A DNA stretch of 64,000 nt from an uncultured delta proteobacterium (lineage in GTDB: Bacteria; Desulfobacterota; Desulfobacteria; Desulfobacterales; QNYZ01). The position numbers were made by a program, and so were the translations under genes. The DNA lies in assembly GCA_963845145.1 (NCBI GenBank), contig CAWJQU010000005.1, forward strand, positions 128,001-192,000, written 5' to 3'. This document shows, piece by piece, positions 41,834 through 50,660 of the stretch (position 1 is its first letter; each line of letters opens with the position of its first letter). The notes under the pieces were generated by a model. The model did no database searches. It saw only the letters and a list, made by a program, of their open reading frames with translations, and had not been told where the DNA came from.

Positions 41834-41902
41834 ACCGCATGTCATCGGATTCATACCGGTCGTCAAATATCGCTTGAAAATGAATTATTAAAAAAATATG
41901 AT
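41834..41902 (+). promoter_or_regulatory. LytTR-type direct repeats plus sigma-70 promoter of the FNOR-cooF-cooS operon
   Basis: ACCGCATGTCA (41834) and ACCGGTCGTCA (41855) 21 bp apart; TTGAAA (41874)-17 nt-TATGAT (41897). Confidence 0.7.
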
Positions 41903-41986
41903 TCATTCATCTAAAAAACCGCCTCAGGGAAAAAGCAAGCCGGCCCTCCCGGCTAATGTCCGAAACGAAATAAAAAAGGGGGACAT

Positions 41987-43217
41987 ATGCGCTATGTCAT
42001 CATTGGAAACGGCATTGCGGGGGTATCTGCCGCCGAAGCCATTCGGGAACTGGACAAGACCGGCACCATCGTCATGATAAGCGACGAAGCCGTGCCCCCT
42101 TACAGCCGGCCAATGATCAGCATGGTTCTGGACGGTTCCGTATCATTCGGACAAGTTGGCCATCCGACCAACCAATTTTTATGATCGCCTGGATATCAGG
42201 CCTGAGTTAGGCGAACGTGTCAGTAAAATCGATGTCTATGAAAAGCGTATTCGAATAGGTGAAGATCATTGGATTGGCTATGATAAATTACTCATCGCTT
42301 CCGGCGCCGATGCTAGGCGGTTAAAAGCCGATGGTGTCAATCTGGACAATATTTTTTACATGCGAACCCAAGCGGATGTGAAGGCCACGCTAAAAACGAT
42401 TCCCCAGGCAAAAAAGGCGCTGGTTTTGGGGGGGGGACTGGTCGGTTTCAAAGCCGCCTATGGATTACTCAAACAGGGGTTGGATGTGACCATGCTGATC
42501 ACATCCGGTTACCCGCTCTCCATGCAGGTGGATAAGACGGCCGGGAAGATGATCCAGGACGAGCTGGTCGATAATGGTTTGAAGATAAGGGTTGGTGCGA
42601 GTGTGGAAGCCTTTGAGGGCAATGGTACCGTTCACAGTGCCCACCTTTCCGATAACTCCGAGTTGCCTTGTGACATGGTGGTGGTCGGCAAAGGTGTGCT
42701 ACCCACGCTATCCTTTATACCTAGGGATCAAATCAAGGTGGATCTGGGTATTATTATTGACGAGTATTTACAAACAACGGCGACGGATATTTATGCCGCC
42801 GGCGATGTAACCGAATCCGTCGACATTGCCCGCAAAACCCGATGGGTCAATGCCATCTGGCCCGAAGCGGCCACTCAGGGACGAATCGCCGGAATGAACA
42901 TGACCGGTCGTAAGACCATTTATAAGGGTAGCCTAAGCCGCAATATGATGCGTATCCTAAGTCTGGATCTGGCCACCTGCGGTATGATTGCGCCACGTGA
43001 CGACGGCTCTTACGAAACCATATCCGACGCAGACCCGGGTCGGAGAATTTACCGCAAAATGGTTTTCCGTGATGAATTTCTTGTGGGTGTTGTTTTGATC
43101 AATCGTATTGAACAGGCCGGTTTGCTGATGTCTTTGGTTCACAATGAAGTCCCTATTAAAATCGGCCGCAACAAATTACTGGCGCCGACGTTCAACTTCG
43201 GCCAGCTGTTGGGTTAA
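41987..43217 (+). pseudogene. FAD/NAD(P)-dependent oxidoreductase (FNOR), frameshifted at 42149-42150
   Basis: IIGNGIAG, PPYSRP in the first ORF; LLIASG, GGGLVG, IYAAGD in the second; removing one G gives SFDKLAIRP. Confidence 0.85.
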
Positions 43218-43255
43218 AGTCAGTTGTTACGCACAATGCACTTTAAGGAGGTCTT

Positions 43256-43846
43256 ATGAAAGAAGTCGTTGTCCATCCGGAAAAATGTGTGGGCTGCATG
43301 CAATGCACAGCGGCCTGCGCAGTGGCGCATTCCAAAACCAAACAACTTTACAGCGCCCTTGCGGAAACCCCCCTCCCCCGTCCGAGAATCCACGTGGGCG
43401 CGGGTCTATTTCAGGAGGGGTTTCCCAATCGCTGCCGACACTGCGACCCGGCTCCTTGTCAACTGGCATGTTTGGCCGGAGCCATTTTTAGAAACAAATC
43501 CAGCAATACCGTCTTCATCTACCCGGACAGATGCATAAATTGCGCGTCGTGTGCCATGGCCTGCCCTTACGGCGTCATCCGGTTTTATGAAGATCAAGCT
43601 GCGCCGCCGGGGAAAACCGTCGCCACAAAATGCGATAACTGCGATGACCGCAGCGCCCAAGGGATGATACCGGCCTGTGTGGAAGTGTGCAAATCCGGGG
43701 CGCTGACCTATGAGGAACTGTCGGCAGCCATGAAGAAAAAAACCGATGATGTGGCCCGTAGCGTGTCATCCGGTGCCGAGAAGGCAACCACCTCACCGGG
43801 TTGGGAATTGTTAAAAACGGTTAAAAAAGCCCAGCTTGCCATGTAA
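43256..43846 (+). CDS. cooF: CooF-like 4x[4Fe-4S] ferredoxin
   Basis: CVGCMQCTAAC, CRHCDPAPCQLAC, CINCASCAMACP, KCDNC...PACVEVC; adjacent to cooS. Confidence 0.88.
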   Translation: MKEVVVHPEKCVGCMQCTAACAVAHSKTKQLYSALAETPLPRPRIHVGAGLFQEGFPNRCRHCDPAPCQLACLAGAIFRNKSSNTVFIYPDRCINCASCAMACPYGVIRFYEDQAAPPGKTVATKCDNCDDRSAQGMIPACVEVCKSGALTYEELSAAMKKKTDDVARSVSSGAEKATTSPGWELLKTVKKAQLAM

Positions 43847-43926
43847 CGCCTTTTTTTTAAAAAACCGTAAATCTACCCGGCTGTTTGGGTGGATCGATCT
43901 ATTATACTATTGATAAGGAGGTCATC

Positions 43927-45807
43927 GTGTTTGATCCAAAAGACATACATACCATCACCCAGGACGGCCAGCTGCTAATAGAAAAAGCCAAAGCCGATCA
44001 AGTAGAAACGGTCTGGGATCGACTGACCGAACAACAGCCCCATTGCGGCTTTTGTGAAACCGGCTTGAGCTGCCGGATCTGTATCATGGGTCCCTGCCGT
44101 ATCGATCCTTTCGGTGAAGGCCCGCAGCTTGGGGTTTGCGGAGCGGATGCCGATATCATGGTGGCCCGCAATCTGGGCCGAATGATCGCCGCCGGAGCCG
44201 CATCCCATTCGGACCATGGCCGGGATCTGGTGGAAGTGCTTGCCGCCGTCGCTGAAGGCAATGCGCCCGGATACAAAATCCGAGATGAAGAAAAACTCAA
44301 AAACGTTGCTGCCGAGTACGGTATTACCACCGATGGTAAAGAAGCCCTGACCATTGCTGGCGAACTGGCCGATGCCATGATGGAAGACTACGGTATGCGC
44401 CAAAAACAGATAACCCTCATTAATCGTGCGCCCAAAAAACGCCAGGAACTATGGAAGAAAGTGGGAATCATGCCCCGTGGTATCGACCGGGAAACCTCCG
44501 AAATGATGCACCGCACCCATATGGGTGTGGACAACAACTGGCAGAGTATTTTGCTGCACGGGATGCGAAATGCCTTGTCGGACGGATGGGGCGGCTCCAT
44601 GATCGCCACGGATATCTCTGATATCCTCTTTGGTACACCGTCGCCCAGACCCACCCAGGTCAATGCCGGGGTTTTGAAAGAAGATCAGGTCAATATCGTG
44701 GTTCACGGCCACAATCCGGTGGTGTCGGAAATGATTTCCAACGCATGCATGATGCCGGAGTTATTGGATCTGGCTAAAACGAAAGGGGCCGACGGAATTA
44801 ACCTGGCTGGCGTCTGCTGTACCGGCAACGAGCTGTTGATGCGCCGGGGTATCGCCATGGCCGGTAACCACCTCATGACCGAATTGATCCTCACCACCGG
44901 TGCCGTCGATATGATGCTCGTCGACTACCAGTGCATTATGCCCTCTCTGGGAACCATCGCCGCCTCCTACCACACGCAAATGATCAGCACCAGCGATAAG
45001 GCCAAATTCCCCGGCATGGAACACAAGGAGTTCCACCCCGACAATGCCAAAACCCTGGCGGTTGATCTGGTCAAATCGGCCATTGAAAACTACACCCAAA
45101 GGGGGAAAGTATATATCCCTGTAAAATCGGTCCCGGCCATAGGCGGTTTTTCGGTGGAATCAATTATCGGCGCTCTGGGCGGTACCCCCGATCCGCTGAT
45201 CGACGCCATCAAGGCCGGTAAAATTCGCGGCGCCGTCGGTATCGTGGGCTGCAACAACCCCAAAATCAAACAGGATTACGGGCACGTCACCTTAACGAAA
45301 CAGTTGATTGAAAATGATATTCTAGTCTTGGATACGGGATGTGTATCGGTGGCCACTGCCAAGGCTGGATTCAAAGTACCGGAGGCAGCCGATATGGCGG
45401 GTCCGGGATTAAAAGAAATTTGCCATGCGCTCGGGATCCCACCGGTACTGCACGTGGGCAGTTGCGTCGACAATGTACGGATTCTGGTTTTAGCCGCAGC
45501 CCTGGCCGATGCCCTGGGAACCGACATCAGCGACCTACCCCTGGCCGGTGCGGCCCCTGAATGGTACTCGGAAAAAGCGGCCACCATCGGTTGCTATTTT
45601 GTGGCCTCCGGTGTTTACACGGTCCTGGGTCCCATGCCACCCATCACCGGTAGTATGAATATCGTGAGCTTGCTTACCGAGGGCCTCAATGATGTTGTGG
45701 GAGCGTCTTTTGCCGTAGAGCCCGATCCGGAGAAAGCCGGTCTGCTGATTCGGCAGCATATTGAAAACAAAAGGGCGGCCTTGGGATTGGATTCCCGGCA
45801 GGTTTAA
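43927..45807 (+). CDS. cooS: Anaerobic Ni-Fe carbon monoxide dehydrogenase catalytic subunit
   Basis: CGFC...CRICIMGPC...VCG, HSDHGR, VHGHNP, GVCCTGNE, DYQC, VGCNN, TGC, GSCVDN, EKA; GTG 43927 follows AAGGAGG. Confidence 0.96.
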   Translation: MFDPKDIHTITQDGQLLIEKAKADQVETVWDRLTEQQPHCGFCETGLSCRICIMGPCRIDPFGEGPQLGVCGADADIMVARNLGRMIAAGAASHSDHGRDLVEVLAAVAEGNAPGYKIRDEEKLKNVAAEYGITTDGKEALTIAGELADAMMEDYGMRQKQITLINRAPKKRQELWKKVGIMPRGIDRETSEMMHRTHMGVDNNWQSILLHGMRNALSDGWGGSMIATDISDILFGTPSPRPTQVNAGVLKEDQVNIVVHGHNPVVSEMISNACMMPELLDLAKTKGADGINLAGVCCTGNELLMRRGIAMAGNHLMTELILTTGAVDMMLVDYQCIMPSLGTIAASYHTQMISTSDKAKFPGMEHKEFHPDNAKTLAVDLVKSAIENYTQRGKVYIPVKSVPAIGGFSVESIIGALGGTPDPLIDAIKAGKIRGAVGIVGCNNPKIKQDYGHVTLTKQLIENDILVLDTGCVSVATAKAGFKVPEAADMAGPGLKEICHALGIPPVLHVGSCVDNVRILVLAAALADALGTDISDLPLAGAAPEWYSEKAATIGCYFVASGVYTVLGPMPPITGSMNIVSLLTEGLNDVVGASFAVEPDPEKAGLLIRQHIENKRAALGLDSRQV

Positions 45808-45936
45808 ACGGTTAGGAAAATAGTGGCAAGTGCGGGGAGATTCAAGCATAGATATGAACAAAATAAAAGGATTAGACGACAATTAGGGTTGAAACCCGAA
45901 ATTATTCAGATATCAATTATCGCCTCTTTTTTGGCC

Positions 45937-46638
45937 TCAAGCTGACCCTAATAGGTTGTTTTTCGAACGATATTGGCACGACTTGTTGATGGCGCAGTAC
46001 TGGCAGGTTGCCGCAACCTTGTGTTCGCTAAAATCCGGGCCCAGACCAATGAGCAGTGACAGCGAATACTTGGGGCGGAGTAAAAAAGTCTCCCCCACTT
46101 CCACCCCGACCGCCGGGGCATCGGCCAAGAAGCATAAGGCGGGTTGATCGTCCATGCACCAGCCGTTGAGCGCACCAGGAGACAGCGCTGGACTCACTCC
46201 CCATCCTTTTTGGGCAGCCATCTCTTCGACCAAGTTCCTCAGGTGCAGGGCCACCTGATCCAGAGCCAGAAAACCCGCGCAGCCCAGCATATAAGCCTCC
46301 AAAGTTTGCGCGTTCACTTGCAAGGCTGCGATCTCATCATCCAGTATTTTGCCTAAAGTGGCCATGGCCGCTATCACTTCTTGAGCCCCTTGGACCAGGC
46401 CACGATGGGGTCCGATCTCTATATGGGTCTCGCCCACCAGGAGGCCTCTTGAGACAGGCTGGATTGAGCGGTGACGCTGGAAGCTCAGGGCTGGCTGGGC
46501 CAATTGCCGGCAATGCCCGGCAGCCCATTGGGCAACGTTCCTGATCTCTTCATTATCCGGATCGCCCTCACGCCTCAGCAATTCTGCCGGATCGATTTCG
46601 ATGGTCATATCTGTGATTACCGACATAATAATTTCCAT
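45937..46638 (-). CDS. Methionine synthase B12-reactivation-domain-like protein
   Basis: ATLG...D, LSPG..GW...Q, L.PKYSLS..IG, C-terminal CQYC...C.YR pattern typical of stand-alone MetH activation-domain homologs. Confidence 0.7.
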   Translation of the reverse strand: MEIIMSVITDMTIEIDPAELLRREGDPDNEEIRNVAQWAAGHCRQLAQPALSFQRHRSIQPVSRGLLVGETHIEIGPHRGLVQGAQEVIAAMATLGKILDDEIAALQVNAQTLEAYMLGCAGFLALDQVALHLRNLVEEMAAQKGWGVSPALSPGALNGWCMDDQPALCFLADAPAVGVEVGETFLLRPKYSLSLLIGLGPDFSEHKVAATCQYCAINKSCQYRSKNNLLGSA

Positions 46639-46662
46639 GGACCAGGGATATGATACCCGAAC

Positions 46663-47451
46663 TCACACGATAGACTCGCGCTCAACCCTGGCGGGCACTT
46701 GTGGTTCTGTGGCTGTTACCTGGGCTGAGATTTCTTTTTGAGCGGTGCGCATGAAAAAACGGTCATGCAACTGAATGAGGTCCATAACCTTATTGAGACC
46801 TTGTCGAGCATTTTTGGGCCAGACGTAAGAGCACACACCCAGAACAGGCATTCCGGACAGCATATTATCCAGGGTTCGCTCAAACTCCATCAAGCCTTCA
46901 TGGTTGCCACAGCAAGAGAAAGACGGCGATCCTGAACCGTAGATGCCGCGATAACCGTGCTCCAGAGAGCTTGCCACCTCTTTGAACCAGGCCCCTGCCG
47001 CACCGATAGGACCGTGAGTTTCAAATACACGGCTGAGATTCAAAAAAACCATATCCCCGCCTGCCTCCAACTTAGCCACCGGAAGACCGGCTTTGGTCAA
47101 ATCCTGTCGAATCTCGTCAGGATCCTGCCACCAGCAAGCCTTGAGTCGGCGGTAACCCAGCCGGGGTGCATTTAAGAAAAATGAGCGTTCAAAATCCATG
47201 ATTTCACTGTGCCCGGAAAATATGCCCAAGACATGACCTGCTTCCGGAAGTATTTGCCCAAAGTTTGTGAGGGTAGAGGTAGGCGCCTTCTTGACGCCAT
47301 CTTCCATAAATCCATGGAGCTTATCGCGGTCGATACGCCACTCCTTACCGATCTTCACTGCCGGCAAGACCCCTTGGCGACACATCTTGTACACCGTGTT
47401 GCTGTGAACTTTGAGGATGGCTGAAACTTCCTGGATGGTTAAATAGTCCAT
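46663..47451 (-). CDS. Transcription regulator: excisionase-like HTH (HTH_17) plus MEDS/DcmR-type sensory domain
   Basis: MDYLTIQEVSAILKVHSNTVYKMCRQGVLPAVKIGKEWRI; C-terminal GHVLGIF...GYRG...LMEFE..L......GVCSY...LH pattern of MEDS; start 47451 (track start 47532). Confidence 0.78.
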   Translation of the reverse strand: MDYLTIQEVSAILKVHSNTVYKMCRQGVLPAVKIGKEWRIDRDKLHGFMEDGVKKAPTSTLTNFGQILPEAGHVLGIFSGHSEIMDFERSFFLNAPRLGYRRLKACWWQDPDEIRQDLTKAGLPVAKLEAGGDMVFLNLSRVFETHGPIGAAGAWFKEVASSLEHGYRGIYGSGSPSFSCCGNHEGLMEFERTLDNMLSGMPVLGVCSYVWPKNARQGLNKVMDLIQLHDRFFMRTAQKEISAQVTATEPQVPARVERESIV

Positions 47452-47544
47452 TTTGCCCCCCCAACCCCGGGTATTTTTGTGATGGTAACAGATTTCATGT
47501 GACTCCTCTGGCCCCATATCTTGGAGCGTCAAGGGGTTTTAGTG

Positions 47545-47692
47545 ACCCAACAGATTCCTTGGCTCATGGATCATCCCTCAATTAGCCTCTGTCCGGGCAT
47601 AAACCCAGTTGTTTACGCCAGTTCGGTCCCCAATTACAAAGGGGGCCCGCAACGGATTTTCTCCGCGTTCCCGACTTCCATACCTATAAACC
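47545..47692 (-). ncRNA. Cobalamin riboswitch-like leader (degenerate)
   Basis: Minus strand in order: AGGT..GGGAA-CGC-GGAGAAAATCC-GTTGCGGGCCCCC-TTTGTAA..GGGGAC..ACTGGG..CCCGGACAG..GATGATCCATG-AGCCAAGGAATCTG, matching the order of B12-element conserved blocks. Confidence 0.65.
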
Positions 47693-47790
47693 GTGACGCG
47701 ATTTTTTTGCTCTCGGGCCACTCATTGACCATAACCCTGTCCAGCCTCTCAATATAAGTTGCTGAATTTTTCAGTCAAGTAAATAAATTG

Positions 47791-47859
47791 TAACACAATT
47801 AAACACTTTATGCTAACATTATTTAACACTTGACAACATATTTTAATAAATGTTAACAA
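47791..47859 (+). promoter_or_regulatory. Promoter of the methyltransferase operon with phased AACA direct repeats
   Basis: TAACAC 47791, AAACAC 47801, TAACAT 47814, TAACAC 47824, TTGACA 47830 (-35), TGtTAACAA 47851. Confidence 0.55.
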
Positions 47860-47909
47860 ATGATGCTAATAGGTTTTACTAATTTTCAAATAAGAACTCA
47901 AATCAGGAG

Positions 47910-48560
47910 GTGACAATCGTGTCAGACCATCAATTGGAAGAGATTCGCAATGCAATCATTTCATTGTCTGTTGCCGATACCGAGGCCGCGGTGGCTAAGG
48001 CAATGGAGGAAGGGGTAGATTCCTTGTCAATCGTCAACAGGGGCTTGGCAGCCGGATTGGTTGAAGTCGGGGATCGTTGGCAAAAAAAGGAGATGTTCAT
48101 CAGCCATGTGCTGGTGGCGGCCAAGGCCATGAACGCGGGCCAGGCTATATTGGAAAAAGACATGGATGGCAGCGAGGGAGAATATTCCGCCACGGTGGTT
48201 CTGGGCACTCCCAAGGGCGATTTACATGACATTGGTAAAAATCTCGTGAGCCTTATGATGAAGGCCGCCGGTTTCAAGGTGCACGACCTTGGCGTGGACG
48301 TTGAGCCCCAGGCGTTTATCGACAAGGCCAAAGAGGTCGATGCCGACCTAATCGGCATGTCCTTAATCATGAGCATCTGTCTGGACCAGATGGAAAAGGT
48401 ATGCGCCCTGGTCAAAGAAAACGGATTGAAAGCCAAGACTATCATTGGTGGACCCGCCACCAGCGAGAAAGTGGCCCATGAGATCAAGGCCGACGCTTAC
48501 GGTGGCTTTGATGCGCCCACCGGGGTTAAGATCGCCAAAGGAATACTCGGGATCGCTTAG
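47910..48560 (+). CDS. Corrinoid (B12-binding) methyl-carrier protein, MtaC/MttC family
   Basis: Four-helix cap, GDLHDIGKNLV (DxHxxG), DLGVDV, IGMS, IIGG. Confidence 0.93.
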   Translation: MTIVSDHQLEEIRNAIISLSVADTEAAVAKAMEEGVDSLSIVNRGLAAGLVEVGDRWQKKEMFISHVLVAAKAMNAGQAILEKDMDGSEGEYSATVVLGTPKGDLHDIGKNLVSLMMKAAGFKVHDLGVDVEPQAFIDKAKEVDADLIGMSLIMSICLDQMEKVCALVKENGLKAKTIIGGPATSEKVAHEIKADAYGGFDAPTGVKIAKGILGIA

Positions 48561-48615
48561 CCCGTAACAGAAAAATAATTTATGATATCCTAATATTTAA
48601 GTGAAGGGAGCCGAT

Positions 48616-49695
48616 ATGTCTCAGATGAATTCATTAGAAAGGGTCGTTGCCGCTATTAAGATGGAAAAACCGGACCGCGTTCCGGTTACGCCTCTTTCCA
48701 TAGCCCGTTCAATCCGCGAGTCGGGCTTGACTACCGCAGAGTGCCTATATAATCCTGAAAAAATGGCAAGCGCCAAGGTAGCCGCGTCGGAGAAGTTTGA
48801 CGACGACTCCGTTGTGGCCGGTACCGACTTGTTTGTAGAGGCCGAATGTATGGGTTCCAAAGTCACCGTCTATGAGCATACCCCGGTGGTGACCGAATAC
48901 TTTCTCAAAAAAAAGAGCGACATCGATAAGCTCTCCGTGCCCAACCCGGCAACCGATGGCCGTATGCCCATGGTCACCAAAGAAATCGAGTTGATCAAAC
49001 AGAAAATCGGAGACACCCGGGTGGTAGTACCGGTTACGGGTGGACCACTTACTCAGGCCAGCCAGCTCTTTGGACCTGAGCAATTGCTCATGGCTATGAT
49101 TGAAGACCCTCAGTGGGTGCACCGGCTTCTGCGCATAACCACCGATGCTTCGTTGGCCTACTGGAACGCGTTAATCAAGGCCGGCGCCCACGCCATTGTT
49201 CTCCTGGAACCCTTCTCGGCCAACACCATCATTTCACCGGAACAATATGCCGAGTTTACCGCACCCTATTGTAAAGAGATATTCGAGAACTCCTGGTCCC
49301 AAGGAGTGGTTGGCGTCAACCACATCTGCGCCGACACCTCCATGATCTGGGAGAATATGTCAAGTGTGGGGGCCTTGGCACTGCAACTGGATCACGTTAT
49401 CGACATGGCCGATACCAAAGCTCAGGTTGGTAGCAGGATCTGCATCTCCGGTAACGTCCACCCAATTGACTACATGCTTTATGGCACCCCGGAAGCGGTC
49501 TACTGGAAGTCACGCGAGGTCATCGACAAGGCCGCCGCTGGCTCTGGCTTTGTGCTTGGTTCTGGCTGTGACCTAAATCCCGGCACCCCCAGCGAGAACA
49601 TTTTAGCCATGATCCAAGCCGGCAAAGACGCAGTCTACAATGACGACATGAGTATCAACTATGTACAAGACTCCTACCCACGGCCGACAGCGTAA
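48616..49695 (+). CDS. MtaA/MtbA/CmuA-family (UroD-fold) corrinoid methyltransferase
   Basis: PDRVPV, VEAECMG, DGRMP, GPLT, Zn-type HIC and GC ligands, GNVHP; ATG 48616 (GTG 48601 alternative). Confidence 0.88.
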   Translation: MSQMNSLERVVAAIKMEKPDRVPVTPLSIARSIRESGLTTAECLYNPEKMASAKVAASEKFDDDSVVAGTDLFVEAECMGSKVTVYEHTPVVTEYFLKKKSDIDKLSVPNPATDGRMPMVTKEIELIKQKIGDTRVVVPVTGGPLTQASQLFGPEQLLMAMIEDPQWVHRLLRITTDASLAYWNALIKAGAHAIVLLEPFSANTIISPEQYAEFTAPYCKEIFENSWSQGVVGVNHICADTSMIWENMSSVGALALQLDHVIDMADTKAQVGSRICISGNVHPIDYMLYGTPEAVYWKSREVIDKAAAGSGFVLGSGCDLNPGTPSENILAMIQAGKDAVYNDDMSINYVQDSYPRPTA

Positions 49696-50295
49696 ATGAT
49701 ACTCGACACCAGCATAAAGACCATAGCGGTCTATGGTTTTTTGGGCTCGGGCAAGACCACGGTTATGATGGCTCTTGCCCGGGCTTTGGTTGATGCCGGC
49801 CACCGTGCGGCCTTGGTGGTCAACGAGGCGGGTGACGTACCGGTGGACGGTAAGCTCTTGTCCGTAGCAGGCCTGCCGGTTAAAGAAATTTTTGCGGGCT
49901 GCATCTGCTGCTCAGTGGTGGGTGACTTTATCGAGACCCTGCGCGCTTTACAGCAAGACCCGGAGCTGGATTACATACTCATTGAACCCTCGGGGATGGC
50001 CGATGCGCCCCGGCTGTTTACCTCTTTGAAAAAGCACGCTTCGAAGAATCTGCTCAAATTGATGATCCTCGATGGCCCCCGTTTGGGGCTTTTGCTCAAG
50101 GCGGCCGGCAACTTGATCAAAGGACAGTTGGCTGCATCAGATATCATTTTGCTTAACAAGGTAGATGCCATGGACCAAAGGCAGATCCGGGAGGCCCTGG
50201 AAGTGCTCCTGGGATTCTCAGTTCAAGTGCCCATCCACCAGATCAGCGCCTCCGGGGGCCTCCCGGAAGCGCTGTTATCAGACATTTTACAATGA
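49696..50295 (+). CDS. CobW/P47K (COG0523-like) GTPase, N-terminal domain only
   Basis: GFLGSGKTT, VNEAG, GCICCS, IEPSG, NKVD. Confidence 0.88.
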   Translation: MILDTSIKTIAVYGFLGSGKTTVMMALARALVDAGHRAALVVNEAGDVPVDGKLLSVAGLPVKEIFAGCICCSVVGDFIETLRALQQDPELDYILIEPSGMADAPRLFTSLKKHASKNLLKLMILDGPRLGLLLKAAGNLIKGQLAASDIILLNKVDAMDQRQIREALEVLLGFSVQVPIHQISASGGLPEALLSDILQ

Positions 50296-50660
50296 AATTC
50301 ACCAATGTCTGCCGACGGTGGCGTATCGTTGATTGCCAAACATCCCCCCGAGAGCTGCTTACCGCCATGCTCAAGGAGGTGGTGCGATGCTTACCGCCCA
50401 ACAGCCTGGGTCATGCCAAGGCATATGCCCAGTACTCTGGCGGCGCCCTGTTTGCCTCCACCACGGTGGTGCCGCCAGACATTGGTATGCAAGAGCAGGG
50501 CGAGTTTCAGGGTGGTAAAGTAGAGATCAACCTGGCCCTTATTTTTAGCGAACTTGACAAGGAAACCCTGGAAAAAACCGTGGTCGCATCCCGGCAACAT
50601 GTCCGGGAGAAATGGGGCTGTGGTTTTCAAGAGATTAAAGGAGAGTTTTATGTCCCTTAA
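50292..50660 (+). CDS. Hypothetical protein, probable partner of the CobW-like GTPase
   Basis: ATGA overlap with the GTPase, GHAKA motif, overlaps the next gene. Confidence 0.7.
   Translation: MKFTNVCRRWRIVDCQTSPRELLTAMLKEVVRCLPPNSLGHAKAYAQYSGGALFASTTVVPPDIGMQEQGEFQGGKVEINLALIFSELDKETLEKTVVASRQHVREKWGCGFQEIKGEFYVP

Noticed and set aside
47910..48560. Corrinoid protein as mercury methylase HgcA
   Set aside because: No N(V/I)WCA(A/G)GK cap helix and no TM domain; it has the DxHxxG motif of MtaC/MetH-type proteins
48616..49695. Annotation as uroporphyrinogen decarboxylase HemE
   Set aside because: HxC...C Zn ligands and the corrinoid/RACo/MtrH context indicate the methyltransferase branch of the fold
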